Notes: generated from the sequence alone by a model not told the origin. Counted from the first letter of the stretch, positions 16,196-25,883 are shown. The stretch is 41,090 bases of DNA from an uncultured Nitrospinaceae bacterium (GCA_964620535.1 CAZUHN010000006.1:1-41090); one strand, 5' to 3'. Program-made: numbers and translations.

Positions 16196-17443
16196 TTGAA
16201 AAAACTCTACCGGTATATTTTCGGAGAGCTTTTCATATACTTTTTCCTCTGCCTTTTTCTTCTTACCTTTGTGCTTCTGTTAAACCGCCTCTTTCAACTC
16301 ACCGAACTTATCATCAACAAGGGAGTACCTTTCGCGATCGTGGGGAAACTCCTTCTCACCATCATTCCAGTATTGTTGCTGGTCACGCTCCCGATGGCGA
16401 CTCTGGTCACCTGTATCCTCGTCTTCAGCCGTCTTTCGAACGACAATGAGTTCATCGCCATGAACGCATCGGGAATGAGCCTGTATGCGCAACTTGCTCC
16501 CGTGGCGTTATTGGGTTTGATCTCCGCTGCCATCAGCGCCTTTGTGATGATTTACGGTCTTCCCTGGAGCCACAATCTGACCAATTTGATTCGGCATGAA
16601 ATCCTGCAAACCCGAATGGCCAATCTTGAAATTAAGGAGCGGGTCTTCAACGACAACTTTGACGGGCTCGTCATTTTCGTCCGAAATATCTCCAAGAAGA
16701 ATCATGTATTGGAAGGTGTCCTCATATCGGACTCCCGCCTGCCGGACGACTCCCAAGTAATTTTTTCCAACAAAGGCATGCTGATAAACGACCCAGAAAA
16801 TCAAAAACTGTTCCTCCGCCTAGTCAATGGCTCAATTCACAAAGTGGGCAGTGTTTCTGAGGAAGATGGAAAGGAAGCGAGGCAGTGGATGAAAAAAAAA
16901 TACCACACGTCCTTGGCGAAGAACCAATATCAGCTTGTCCGTTTCGGAACCTACAACCTCAACCTTGACGTTTCGAAAACGATTGAACAGGCCAAAACCC
17001 TTCGTGTAAGGCTCCGCTCGCTTCCCATCCAAGACTTGAAAAACAATATAACGGCATCTACGCCCGGAACGATCCGCCACAACGCGTTCCTGGTTGAACT
17101 ACAAAAAAGATTCGCGGCTCCTATCACCGTTTTTATACTCGCCCTCTTGGGCGCCCCACTCGGTATCCAAAACCCTCGTTCCGGACGACACGGGGGTTTT
17201 ACCGTCAGCCTAGCTCTTCTCTTCCTGTACTACATATTTGCCACATTCTCCGAAGGGCTCGGCGAAAACGGACAGCTTCCCGCGCAAGTCGCAGTTTGGG
17301 GGCCAAATATTTTCATCTCCTTCGTTGCCTTATGGGCCGTTCGCAGAGTGGCCCGGCAGGGTCCCCTCGACATATTCGGCCTAATCGGAAGCGCAATGGG
17401 AAAAATACCTATCTTAAATCGACTCATGTCGAATGAGCTATGA
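16196..17443 (+). CDS. lptF: LPS export ABC transporter permease LptF
   Basis: LYRYIFGE, RLSNDNEFIAMNASGMS; three TM segments, a periplasmic domain, then three TM segments; AVWGPN. The likely start is TTG 16196 with GGAG upstream (ORF track begins at 16136). Confidence 0.9.
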   Translation: MKKLYRYIFGELFIYFFLCLFLLTFVLLLNRLFQLTELIINKGVPFAIVGKLLLTIIPVLLLVTLPMATLVTCILVFSRLSNDNEFIAMNASGMSLYAQLAPVALLGLISAAISAFVMIYGLPWSHNLTNLIRHEILQTRMANLEIKERVFNDNFDGLVIFVRNISKKNHVLEGVLISDSRLPDDSQVIFSNKGMLINDPENQKLFLRLVNGSIHKVGSVSEEDGKEARQWMKKKYHTSLAKNQYQLVRFGTYNLNLDVSKTIEQAKTLRVRLRSLPIQDLKNNITASTPGTIRHNAFLVELQKRFAAPITVFILALLGAPLGIQNPRSGRHGGFTVSLALLFLYYIFATFSEGLGENGQLPAQVAVWGPNIFISFVALWAVRRVARQGPLDIFGLIGSAMGKIPILNRLMSNEL

Positions 17444-18528
17444 CAATCACCAGCCGCTACATCATGTTTCAATTTCTGCGCCTTGTGGCAATGGCCCAAT
17501 TTGGCGCGCTGACGTTGTTTCTCCTCGCCGAAACGATTGAGCGGATCGATGATCTTGTCGAAAAAAAGGCGGCCGTTTCTGACGCGGTCCTTTTTTTCGC
17601 CTTCAAAACACCGCAAATAATATTCATTTCCCTTCCCCTTGCGGTTCTCTTGGCGTGTACCCTTTCTCTCCTTCTCCTCTCCCGCAACAATGAAATTGTG
17701 GCTTTTCGGGCTTGCGGTGCCAGTTTGTATCGCATCGTGTCTCCCATTCTCATTGCTGTCTTTTTTATCGGGGGCATGTCCTTTCTCGCGAACGAATATA
17801 TTATCCCTTACACGAACCGACAGATGAACCATATCTGGGATGTACGCATCAAAAAAATTCCGCCCCGCGGCTACAACCGCACCGACAAAGTCTGGTTTCA
17901 CTCGGAAAACAACACCATTTGGAATATTACGCACCTTGACCCATTCAAAAACAAATTGAGTGGGGTGACAATTTTCCATCTTGATGAGAACAACAGGTTG
18001 GTGCAACAGATCGATGCAGATAACGTCGAATGGAACAACGAGGAAAAAAGATGGATCTTCAAACAAGGTTTAATTTATCACTTCGGCCAGAGAGGGGAAT
18101 TCCGCCAAGAGCAGTTTCAGGAGGCTCATTTCCCCATCCTCGAACGGCCCGCCGATTTCAAAGGGATGGGAAAATTTCCTGAAGAAATGAACTATGTAGA
18201 ACTCACCGACTACATCCGTTTCCTCCAAACCACCGGTGTCGATACCACAAGCTATGTCGTCGATAAATGGGGAAAATTATCCAACCCCCTTATCGTTTTT
18301 GTCCTTGCCCTCGTCGGGATACCTTTCTCCCTGAGGTCCAACCGAAGCGGGGGTCTCGCGCTGGGCGTCGCCATAGCGATCGGAATTGGAGCGATATATC
18401 TCGTCTTTTTCTATGCGGGTCTTTCTCTGGGACACGCTGGCCGTCTCCCGCCGATCTTGGCCGCGTGGGGCCCGACTGCTCTCTTCCTCGCAATGGGATC
18501 CTACATGCTCATGCGGGTCAAAGGCTGA
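17440..18528 (+). CDS. lptG: LPS export ABC transporter permease LptG
   Basis: TITSRYI, LSRNNEIVAFRACGAS, PEEMN and LPPILAAWGP. ATGA overlap with lptF. Confidence 0.9.
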   Translation: MTITSRYIMFQFLRLVAMAQFGALTLFLLAETIERIDDLVEKKAAVSDAVLFFAFKTPQIIFISLPLAVLLACTLSLLLLSRNNEIVAFRACGASLYRIVSPILIAVFFIGGMSFLANEYIIPYTNRQMNHIWDVRIKKIPPRGYNRTDKVWFHSENNTIWNITHLDPFKNKLSGVTIFHLDENNRLVQQIDADNVEWNNEEKRWIFKQGLIYHFGQRGEFRQEQFQEAHFPILERPADFKGMGKFPEEMNYVELTDYIRFLQTTGVDTTSYVVDKWGKLSNPLIVFVLALVGIPFSLRSNRSGGLALGVAIAIGIGAIYLVFFYAGLSLGHAGRLPPILAAWGPTALFLAMGSYMLMRVKG

Positions 18529-18529
18529 T

Positions 18530-19633
18530 TTACGGGTTCATTTTCCCCCGGCTCATTTCAACGGCGGCCAATATCCGGGCAGTGAGGTCTTCTGGCCGAT
18601 CAATTTTCATTTTTACACGGAGAAACCGAAACGTTTCCGTTGCCATGAAGGGGGAAAGCTTCACCGCATCCTTTTCTGTTGCCACAATAAAATCGGCCCT
18701 CGTTTTTGCGCGGGAAGAAATAATGCGGTCCGCATCCGAATCTGTATAACGGGCATGGTCAGGGAAAATCTCGTGAGCGAGAACCCGAACTCCGATCCGG
18801 GCGAGGGTTTTTGCAAAACTTTCCGGACGGGCGATACCGCTCACGGCGACAACCCCGCTGCCGGCCAGATCGCCCGGATTTTCCGCCGCCTTTCCCTCCC
18901 CATCCAAGAGCGCATCCACCAGCAAGCTTCCACAATATACGTCAAGATCTCCAATCGCTCGCTCTATCGCTCTTCGGTTTTCTGGCATTACCTCACCCGT
19001 TAGGAGTACAGCGCTCGCCCGGCCCAAGACCGCGGCCGGCTCGCGAAGAGCGCCTGAAGGAAAAACGCGCCCATTCCCGAAAAGATCCTCCCCCCGCAGG
19101 GTCACCAAATCCATGTTTCGCTGCAGTGCGACGTGTTGAAATCCGTCATCGAGGATCACGGCAGTCGCCCCAAATATATCCACGGCCATACGTGCTGCGG
19201 GTGGCCGTGCTCGGCCTGTGATCACCGGTACATTCGGAAAATTTCGGGCCAGCATCACCGCTTCGTCCGCCGCCGGCGGGCAACTCAGGCAACCTCCCCG
19301 GCCGTCCCCCACAACGGTGACCCCAGAGGCCATTTCCCCGTAACCCCGGCTCACCACCGCGGGCCGATGGCCCGCTGCCAACAACCGCTCTGCGATCCAA
19401 GCGACCGTGGGCGTTTTGCCGGTTCCTCCCAGTGTGAGGTTTCCTACAGAAATAACCGGCGCATTGAGACTTTTCCTCTCAAAGTAATCGTTCTCATAGA
19501 GCCAACGGCGAAGCTGCATCATCTTTCCGTAGACAACGCCCGCCGGCGCGAGGGCGGCCAAAGCGCATCGGGCCCAAACCGGAGCGTCCAGCCTTCCCTC
19601 CAGCGCCCGGCTCATCGCCATCTTTCCGATCAT
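18530..19633 (-). CDS. lpxK: Tetraacyldisaccharide 4'-kinase
   Basis: SVGNLTLGGTGKTP P-loop, SRGYG, LDDGFQH, PSGALRE, FPDH and TEKDAVKL. ATG 19633 overlaps the waaA stop. Confidence 0.95.
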   Translation of the reverse strand: MIGKMAMSRALEGRLDAPVWARCALAALAPAGVVYGKMMQLRRWLYENDYFERKSLNAPVISVGNLTLGGTGKTPTVAWIAERLLAAGHRPAVVSRGYGEMASGVTVVGDGRGGCLSCPPAADEAVMLARNFPNVPVITGRARPPAARMAVDIFGATAVILDDGFQHVALQRNMDLVTLRGEDLFGNGRVFPSGALREPAAVLGRASAVLLTGEVMPENRRAIERAIGDLDVYCGSLLVDALLDGEGKAAENPGDLAGSGVVAVSGIARPESFAKTLARIGVRVLAHEIFPDHARYTDSDADRIISSRAKTRADFIVATEKDAVKLSPFMATETFRFLRVKMKIDRPEDLTARILAAVEMSRGKMNP

Positions 19634-20940
19634 TTTTCTTTTCCGCCCGCGTTCCAGAAAACTTCTTCCAGAAAATCGACGCAACGGACGGACGCCCCTC
19701 TGTGCGATCGTGCGACAGAAAGCGCCATTTCACCCGCGCGCCGGCGCGCCGCCGAATCGGAAAACCATTGCACGAACACTCTTAAAAGGTCCTCTTCCCG
19801 TTCCACCCGGGCCGCCCCGCCTGCTTTCACAAGTCCATCCGCTACATCCTCGAAATTGTCCATGTGAGGGCCGAACACCAACGGGACCCCCCAACTCGCC
19901 GCTTCTATGGGATTTTGGCCACCGTGAGGGATTAAGCTTCCCCCGATAAAGGCCACCGTTGCGCACGAATAGGCATCCGCCAGCTGGCCCATAATATCCA
20001 GGATAACCACCTTTCGCCGGATGGAGGGCTCCTCCTTTGAATGGAGAACCTGGCTCCAGCGAACCGGGGCCAATCCCGCCCTGCGTAGGTCAGCCTCTAC
20101 TTCCCCCAAGCGTTCCAGATGCCGCGGCGCGACGAGGAGACCAAGATCGACATATTGCATTGCAAGTTCCTTGAAACACCTGCCTATTTTGGCCTCCTCT
20201 CTCGGATGGGTGCTTCCCGCCACAATTACGGGATCGGTACCTTCCAGCGCAAATCTTTTCTTTTCTGTGGATATATCCCCGATCGGCCGGGGAGGGTGCA
20301 TATCGAATTTGATGTTTCCCGTGGAAACGACACGCGAAGCACCCAGGGCTTTGAATCGAGCCGAATCGGTTTCGTTTCGCGCCGCCACTCCGTTGATGGA
20401 GTTCAAGAGAGGATGAAGCAAGGCACTAAGATAGGAATACCGGATAAAAGATCTTTTTGACAGGCGACCGTTCACGATCGCGACTGGGAGGTTTCGCCGA
20501 TTGGCCTCACGAATTAGATTCGGCCAAAGCTCGGTCTCCACCACCGCGAGAGCAGAAGGCCGAAGACGAGAAAGGACACGTCGGATGGCAGATGGAAAAT
20601 CGAACGGAAGATATATTATTTTCTCGACGCCGGCCAAGCGGGAAGCCGCCTCCCTCCCCGTCTCCGTTACAGTCGAAATGACGATACGAAGATTCGGGTG
20701 CCGTTCTTTCAATGCGGGCAGGAGCGCCGCAGCGACTCCAACTTCCCCAACCGAGACAGCATGAATCCAAAGGCGCTTTTCTTCACTCACCTCGGGAAGA
20801 TCGGAAACATATCCAAAACGTTCCCCAAAACTCCCCAATCCCCTCCCACGCCTATTTAATCGTATGAAGAGGAAAATAACGAGAAACGGGAAAATCAATC
20901 GAAGCGAAAAATTGTATAGAAAGAATATCGGAACTCCCAT
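19630..20940 (-). CDS. waaA: Kdo transferase
   Basis: WIHAVSVGE, ETELWPNL, NGRLS, GNIKFD, GSTH, PRHLER and GGQNPIE. Confidence 0.95.
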   Translation of the reverse strand: MGVPIFFLYNFSLRLIFPFLVIFLFIRLNRRGRGLGSFGERFGYVSDLPEVSEEKRLWIHAVSVGEVGVAAALLPALKERHPNLRIVISTVTETGREAASRLAGVEKIIYLPFDFPSAIRRVLSRLRPSALAVVETELWPNLIREANRRNLPVAIVNGRLSKRSFIRYSYLSALLHPLLNSINGVAARNETDSARFKALGASRVVSTGNIKFDMHPPRPIGDISTEKKRFALEGTDPVIVAGSTHPREEAKIGRCFKELAMQYVDLGLLVAPRHLERLGEVEADLRRAGLAPVRWSQVLHSKEEPSIRRKVVILDIMGQLADAYSCATVAFIGGSLIPHGGQNPIEAASWGVPLVFGPHMDNFEDVADGLVKAGGAARVEREEDLLRVFVQWFSDSAARRRAGEMALSVARSHRGASVRCVDFLEEVFWNAGGKEK

Positions 20941-21668
20941 TATCCTCCGATCCCCTTGATCGATTCGATAGCCCGTCGGTTTGCTTCCTGAAGACGGTTC
21001 TCTAACTCACATCGGCACTTTTCAAGAAGCGCGGGGTCATCCGTTCGAGGCACGACCAGGGGCTCTCCATAAGAGAGAACAATTCGTGTAAAAGGAACCG
21101 GAATAATCGTTCGATCCCAAGTCTTGAGTCGAAAGAATTTTGATGCCGCGAAACCCATCGGCATGATCGGCCGGCCGGACATCGCCCCAATCAATACCGC
21201 TCCCGGTTTAATGCGCCCTGCCGGGCCTTTGGGTCCGTCAGGCGTGACGACAAGATGATATCCATTCTCTATCGCCCGCAACATGGCGCGAAGGGCGATC
21301 CCTCCTCCCTTGCTCTTTCCACTCAAGGAATTGGAGGAACCACGAATACTCCGACTGCCCAGATAGGAAACCAACCGGGACAGAAGTTCTCCGTCCGGGC
21401 TCCGGCTGACAAGACAGACACGGGGAACACCGCCAAAAAAAATTGCAGTAAGCGCGATTTGAGAATGCCAGAATACTCCGATATGAAGGCCGGCTTCTCC
21501 TTTTAAAATTCGATCATGAATATCCTTTTGAAGGCATACCCCGCGCGCGGTTGCATAAACGGTACGCAGAACTCCCGCGATACCCAACGCCGCAAGCCGG
21601 ATGGGGAGCGGCGCCTGCGGGTCACGCCCCCAATCGTCATAGAGAGGTGATTGGGTCCTCGATCTCAA
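20940..21668 (-). CDS. DUF374 lysophospholipid acyltransferase-family protein (LpxJ-like secondary lipid A acyltransferase)
   Basis: WH, SRSPDGE, RGSS, TPDGPKGP and WDRxxIPxPF. Coupled to lpxB (TTGA) and waaA (TAATG). Confidence 0.85.
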   Translation of the reverse strand: MRSRTQSPLYDDWGRDPQAPLPIRLAALGIAGVLRTVYATARGVCLQKDIHDRILKGEAGLHIGVFWHSQIALTAIFFGGVPRVCLVSRSPDGELLSRLVSYLGSRSIRGSSNSLSGKSKGGGIALRAMLRAIENGYHLVVTPDGPKGPAGRIKPGAVLIGAMSGRPIMPMGFAASKFFRLKTWDRTIIPVPFTRIVLSYGEPLVVPRTDDPALLEKCRCELENRLQEANRRAIESIKGIGG

Positions 21669-22825
21669 GTGTCAATTCCCAATAAGGTTGAGATACGGCC
21701 TGCCGCCTTCTCGTACGGGTCGCCGCCGCCCAGGCCCCCGCGAATCCGCGCGAACGCACGGAGTTGGCTTTCACGAACTTCAGGATTTTCCAAAAGAGAT
21801 AGAAGCGCAGCGGCGATTTTCGCGGGCCGCGCCTGATACTGAAGAAGTTCGGGCGATGCCTCCCACCCCGCAAGGAGATTCACGAGGCTGATGTAATCCA
21901 CGCGGCTGAGAAAATATTTCAGCAATAAATAAGAGAGGTGGCCATCCCTGTAGACAACGACCATTGGCGTGCCCAGAAGACCTGCCTCAAGAGTCGCTGT
22001 GCCGCTGGCGACCACGGCCATATCCGCGGCACGGAGCGCCTCATGCGCACGCCCCCGAATCACCTTCACATAAAAATCGGCCGAATCCAGATGGCGTCCG
22101 GCTGCACCCTCCGGGAGGTTTTTTGATTCCGGAACGAGAAATTCGACTTCCGGGAGGCGCCGGCGAACGAGGCGGACCGCTCCAAGCATGGGGGGCATAA
22201 GCCGCGCAACCTCCTTGGCACGACTGCCGGGAAGGAGGGCGACAATGCGCTTATCTTCGGATATCCCCAGCGCGGACCGCGCTTTCTTCCGCGAGGGGGC
22301 GCCCGAGAGATTATAGGCAACGGGATTGCCAACGAATTCCGCGTTTCCGCCATCCCGCCGGAAATAAGACGGCTCAAAGGGAAGGCTCGTCAAACACATG
22401 TCGAAATTGCGCGCGACTGCGCGCGCCCGCTTCTCCCACCAGCCCCAAACCTGGGGCGGGATGAAATAAATCAAGCGAGGTTTTTCGGGCAACTTGCAGA
22501 CCGAACGGGCAAGGGCGAGATTGAAGCCGGGATAGTCGACGAGGATAACTGCGGCGGGCCGCCGCTCGCGCACGCACCGAATCAGGTCCCGTCGAACCCG
22601 ATACAATTCCGGAATTATCTTGAGAATATCCCCGAACCCGGTCACGGACAATCCCTCGCATCCGTGCAGGATCTCGACTCCTGCCCTGCGCATTTCCTCA
22701 CCGCCCATTCCGAAGGCGGAGACATCCGGAATATTCCTGGAAAATGCCTCGAAAAGGCGGCCCGCGTGTTCGTCCCCCGACGCCTCTCCCGCCACCATCA
22801 TTAATTTGAGATCGTGAGTGGTCAT
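21665..22825 (-). CDS. lpxB: Lipid-A-disaccharide synthase
   Basis: AGEASGD, VDYPGFN, PQVWGW, PFE, LPGSRxxE and SGTATLE. Confidence 0.95.
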   Translation of the reverse strand: MTTHDLKLMMVAGEASGDEHAGRLFEAFSRNIPDVSAFGMGGEEMRRAGVEILHGCEGLSVTGFGDILKIIPELYRVRRDLIRCVRERRPAAVILVDYPGFNLALARSVCKLPEKPRLIYFIPPQVWGWWEKRARAVARNFDMCLTSLPFEPSYFRRDGGNAEFVGNPVAYNLSGAPSRKKARSALGISEDKRIVALLPGSRAKEVARLMPPMLGAVRLVRRRLPEVEFLVPESKNLPEGAAGRHLDSADFYVKVIRGRAHEALRAADMAVVASGTATLEAGLLGTPMVVVYRDGHLSYLLLKYFLSRVDYISLVNLLAGWEASPELLQYQARPAKIAAALLSLLENPEVRESQLRAFARIRGGLGGGDPYEKAAGRISTLLGIDT

Positions 22826-23652
22826 TCGCCCATTGTAGCCGTCCAGCCGAAAATAGCGATTCCGGCTGCGTCGGCTTCTTCAATCATCCGATCTCGGTCA
22901 AGAAGAAACGTGTTTCCCGCTTCAATAACGAGCGCTGCCGCTCCCGCTTCCCGAAGAGCTATCATGGTCTCTAACCCTACTACGGGAATATCATATCGCG
23001 GATCCTGATTGGGCCGGGCCACTTTACAAACCAGAGGACCTCTGCCTGATAATCTACCTCCTCTACGGATTGTTTCATTCGTCCCTTCTATCGCCTCCAG
23101 GGCCACCACAGCGCCTTTGTGAACAACAACGGTTTGACCCAGTTCAAGACAGGCAATTTCTCTCGCGATTCGAAATGCGTAACTAGCGTCTTTGAGCTGG
23201 GAGCGTTTCAAGCGTCTATTTCCAATCTGTCCTTCCGGCGCCAAAAGATGAGAAAGAAACTCCTTTTGCGAGAGGACTTCGACGCCGTTTTTTTCACAAT
23301 ATTCCAGGACGGCATCCATAATCGTTCCATCAGACATGTTCCGTGTTCGGGTGAAGAAACGGAGTGCTTCCATGTCAAATCTAATTTTTTGAAACAGCAA
23401 ACTCTTTTCTACCTTTCCGGCAAATCCAATTCGCCGGACATTCTCACCCAAAAAGAACTTGATGATTTTATTAGGTTGGCCGGGAGAAAGGCGAACAATA
23501 ATCTTTGCCTTGTCCGATAAAGCACCGAAGGTCTCTTCGGAAAGCGCAACAACGGCTACCTCGCAACCGCCTTTCCTTGCATTTTGAAAGAATTCGAAGG
23601 CAAGTGTTCCAGAGCCTGCGATGAGACCGATTTTCTCCAGGGAAGAAGGCAT
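22822..23652 (-). CDS. lpxI: UDP-2,3-diacylglucosamine diphosphatase LpxI
   Basis: IGLIAGSG, LGQTVVV, ALEAIEGT, KVARPNQDPRYDIPVVG and EAG; located between lpxA and lpxB. Confidence 0.92.
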   Translation of the reverse strand: MPSSLEKIGLIAGSGTLAFEFFQNARKGGCEVAVVALSEETFGALSDKAKIIVRLSPGQPNKIIKFFLGENVRRIGFAGKVEKSLLFQKIRFDMEALRFFTRTRNMSDGTIMDAVLEYCEKNGVEVLSQKEFLSHLLAPEGQIGNRRLKRSQLKDASYAFRIAREIACLELGQTVVVHKGAVVALEAIEGTNETIRRGGRLSGRGPLVCKVARPNQDPRYDIPVVGLETMIALREAGAAALVIEAGNTFLLDRDRMIEEADAAGIAIFGWTATMGE

Positions 23653-23662
23653 CCCGGAAGAC

Positions 23663-24631
23663 TTAATATGAAATGGGGATAGGAACGTTAATTAACTTAA
23701 GGACGCGGAGGGAAATTTCCAGTGAGCATAATTCACTTTCTGGTTGGGAAACGACATTCCCTGCATGGATAGCTTGGAGAAAATTTCGTAGCTCAAGCTT
23801 CAAAGGATTATCATTGTGAACAAAAACTCTTTCCACATTAAATTGTTCCCTGTATTTGAGTTCCTCTCTCGTCAGCCGATGCTCAGTTGTGGTTTGCCGG
23901 TGTATTCGAAGCTCCTGATCAGCATAATCAAGTCTTATATAAGCATCCGGTTGAGATATAGATAGTGTCCGAACCTTCGTCTGGGTCACACGACTGGCTG
24001 TGAGGTTTGCAATACAGCCATCGGAAAATCGGATCTGCACATTCGCAATATCATCCTGATCAGATAAAATTGAGGCTCCTTGCGCCGATATTTCCTTGAT
24101 ATCCTTATCAACCAACCGTAGGACTATATCCAGGTCATGAATCATGAGATCAAGCACTACGCCGTCTTCCTGGACGCGCGGAGAGAAAGGACCCAAACGA
24201 CGACATTCAATTAATTGCGGATCCCGGACAACACGATTCAACTCTTGTACCGCACCATTAAATCTTTCTACATGTCCGATATGTAAAATAAGATTGTTCT
24301 TTGTGGCAATCTGAAACAACTCTCTGGCCTTCAACAAATCATTGCAAATGGGTTTTTCAAGCAGAACGTGAATCCCGTTCTCAAGGAATATACGGGATAT
24401 CGAATGGTGATAAGCTGTCGGTACCGCAATCGTCACCGCGTCTACCCGACCGATTAAATCGGAAGAATCTGTAAATTCTTCGGCACCGTACTTCCCCGCT
24501 AGTTCGTGCACACGATTTCGGTCGATGTCAGCTAGTGCCACAAGATTGGCATCTAGGATTTCGGCAAGCGCGGCGACATGATAGCTTCCCATGTGCCCAA
24601 CGCCTACTACGCCTATTCGTATAGAATCCAT
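23663..24631 (-). CDS. Gfo/Idh/MocA oxidoreductase, GnnA-like UDP-GlcNAc 3-dehydrogenase
   Basis: GVGHMG, EKP, GHVERFN, DLMIHDLD and ASR. Its position between lpxA and lpxB matches gnnA. Confidence 0.8.
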   Translation of the reverse strand: MDSIRIGVVGVGHMGSYHVAALAEILDANLVALADIDRNRVHELAGKYGAEEFTDSSDLIGRVDAVTIAVPTAYHHSISRIFLENGIHVLLEKPICNDLLKARELFQIATKNNLILHIGHVERFNGAVQELNRVVRDPQLIECRRLGPFSPRVQEDGVVLDLMIHDLDIVLRLVDKDIKEISAQGASILSDQDDIANVQIRFSDGCIANLTASRVTQTKVRTLSISQPDAYIRLDYADQELRIHRQTTTEHRLTREELKYREQFNVERVFVHNDNPLKLELRNFLQAIHAGNVVSQPESELCSLEISLRVLKLINVPIPISY

Positions 24632-24658
24632 TATAATAATATTCCTTCGGGCTAATTG

Positions 24659-25441
24659 TTAAACTTGTCCCCGGTAAAAACCTCGCTTGGAGCACTGAAC
24701 AAATTCTATCACGGATTGAACCTCCCGGCCCATCGTCAGTTCAGACTCGATTCGGCCGATTCCCTCGGGTACTGTCTTTGCATCTTGAAAGAGGATCCGG
24801 TAAGCCCGTTTCAAATCCGCACGAATCTCGGGGGAGACGCCCATTCTGCGCAAACCAACAACGTTTAGTCCCCGAACACGGAGGGGGAACCCCTCTAGCG
24901 TTATAAAAGGAGGCACATCCATCCGAACCGCCGTGGGGCCAAGAATAATTGCCCCCTCCCCAAACCGAACGAATTGGTGAACTCCCACACAGTTGGAAAC
25001 AAAACAGTGGCTCCCCACCTCCACATGGCCGCCAAGAGTAATGCAGTTAGTGAAAATCACATGATCACCCACCTGACAATCGTGTGCCACGTGGGAGTAA
25101 GCCATGAAATAGCATTGAGAACCCACCCGAGTAACACCATCCTCATACATAGACCGATGAATCGTCGCCATCTCTCGAATAACCGTATTCGGACCGATCT
25201 CTACTTTACCGCCTCCTTCCTTTAGGTCAACTACTTGAGGCTCTCCTCCTACGATAGCCCTTGGAAAGATTCTGCAACCAGATCCAATATTTGCAATCCC
25301 CTCCAATATGGCATACGCCCCCACTTCACAATCGTCCCCCAACTGAACGCCAGGACCTATTATCGCTCCAGGGCCAATACGCACGTTGTTTCCAACGGAC
25401 GCTTCGGGATCCAAGTGCGCGGTAGGATGAATTCTAGTCAC
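24659..25441 (-). CDS. lpxA: Acyl-ACP:UDP-GlcNAc(3N) acyltransferase
   Basis: IHPTA, hexapeptide repeats, HVAHDC, GGH, HQF, DVPPF and GLNVVGLRR. Confidence 0.95.
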   Translation of the reverse strand: MTRIHPTAHLDPEASVGNNVRIGPGAIIGPGVQLGDDCEVGAYAILEGIANIGSGCRIFPRAIVGGEPQVVDLKEGGGKVEIGPNTVIREMATIHRSMYEDGVTRVGSQCYFMAYSHVAHDCQVGDHVIFTNCITLGGHVEVGSHCFVSNCVGVHQFVRFGEGAIILGPTAVRMDVPPFITLEGFPLRVRGLNVVGLRRMGVSPEIRADLKRAYRILFQDAKTVPEGIGRIESELTMGREVQSVIEFVQCSKRGFYRGQV

Positions 25442-25448
25442 GATTTTT

Positions 25449-25883
25449 TTAAGTGGGTTGAATTATAGCGGACAATATTGCCTCAGCAACGGTTTTATCA
25501 TCTACCGTGGCCACCCCATCCATCTTCCAGTATCTACCCCGGCTACGCAGGAGTTTAACATCAAGCCGAAGTTGATCGCTGGGGACCACGACTTTTCGAA
25601 ATTTCACCCGTTCGAAGCCTGCAAAATAAATATCAGAACCCAACGGGGCCAATTCAAGGGCAAATAGACATAGGATGCCTGCCTGGGCAAGGGCTTCGAC
25701 AATTAGAACACCGGGCATCACTGGGTGCCCCGGAAAATGCCCTTGGAAAAAAGGCTCGTTGTAGGAAACATTCTTCTGGGCAACAATTCTTACGGATTTT
25801 TCGTCTAATTCGAGAACACGATCAATAAGAAGTAATGGATATCGGTGAGGAAGGTAATGTAGAATTTCATTCGTGCTGATCAA
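25449..25883 (-). CDS. fabZ: 3-hydroxyacyl-ACP dehydratase
   Basis: LPHRYP, KNV and [25 protein letters not shown]. Confidence 0.97.
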   Translation of the reverse strand: MISTNEILHYLPHRYPLLLIDRVLELDEKSVRIVAQKNVSYNEPFFQGHFPGHPVMPGVLIVEALAQAGILCLFALELAPLGSDIYFAGFERVKFRKVVVPSDQLRLDVKLLRSRGRYWKMDGVATVDDKTVAEAILSAIIQPT

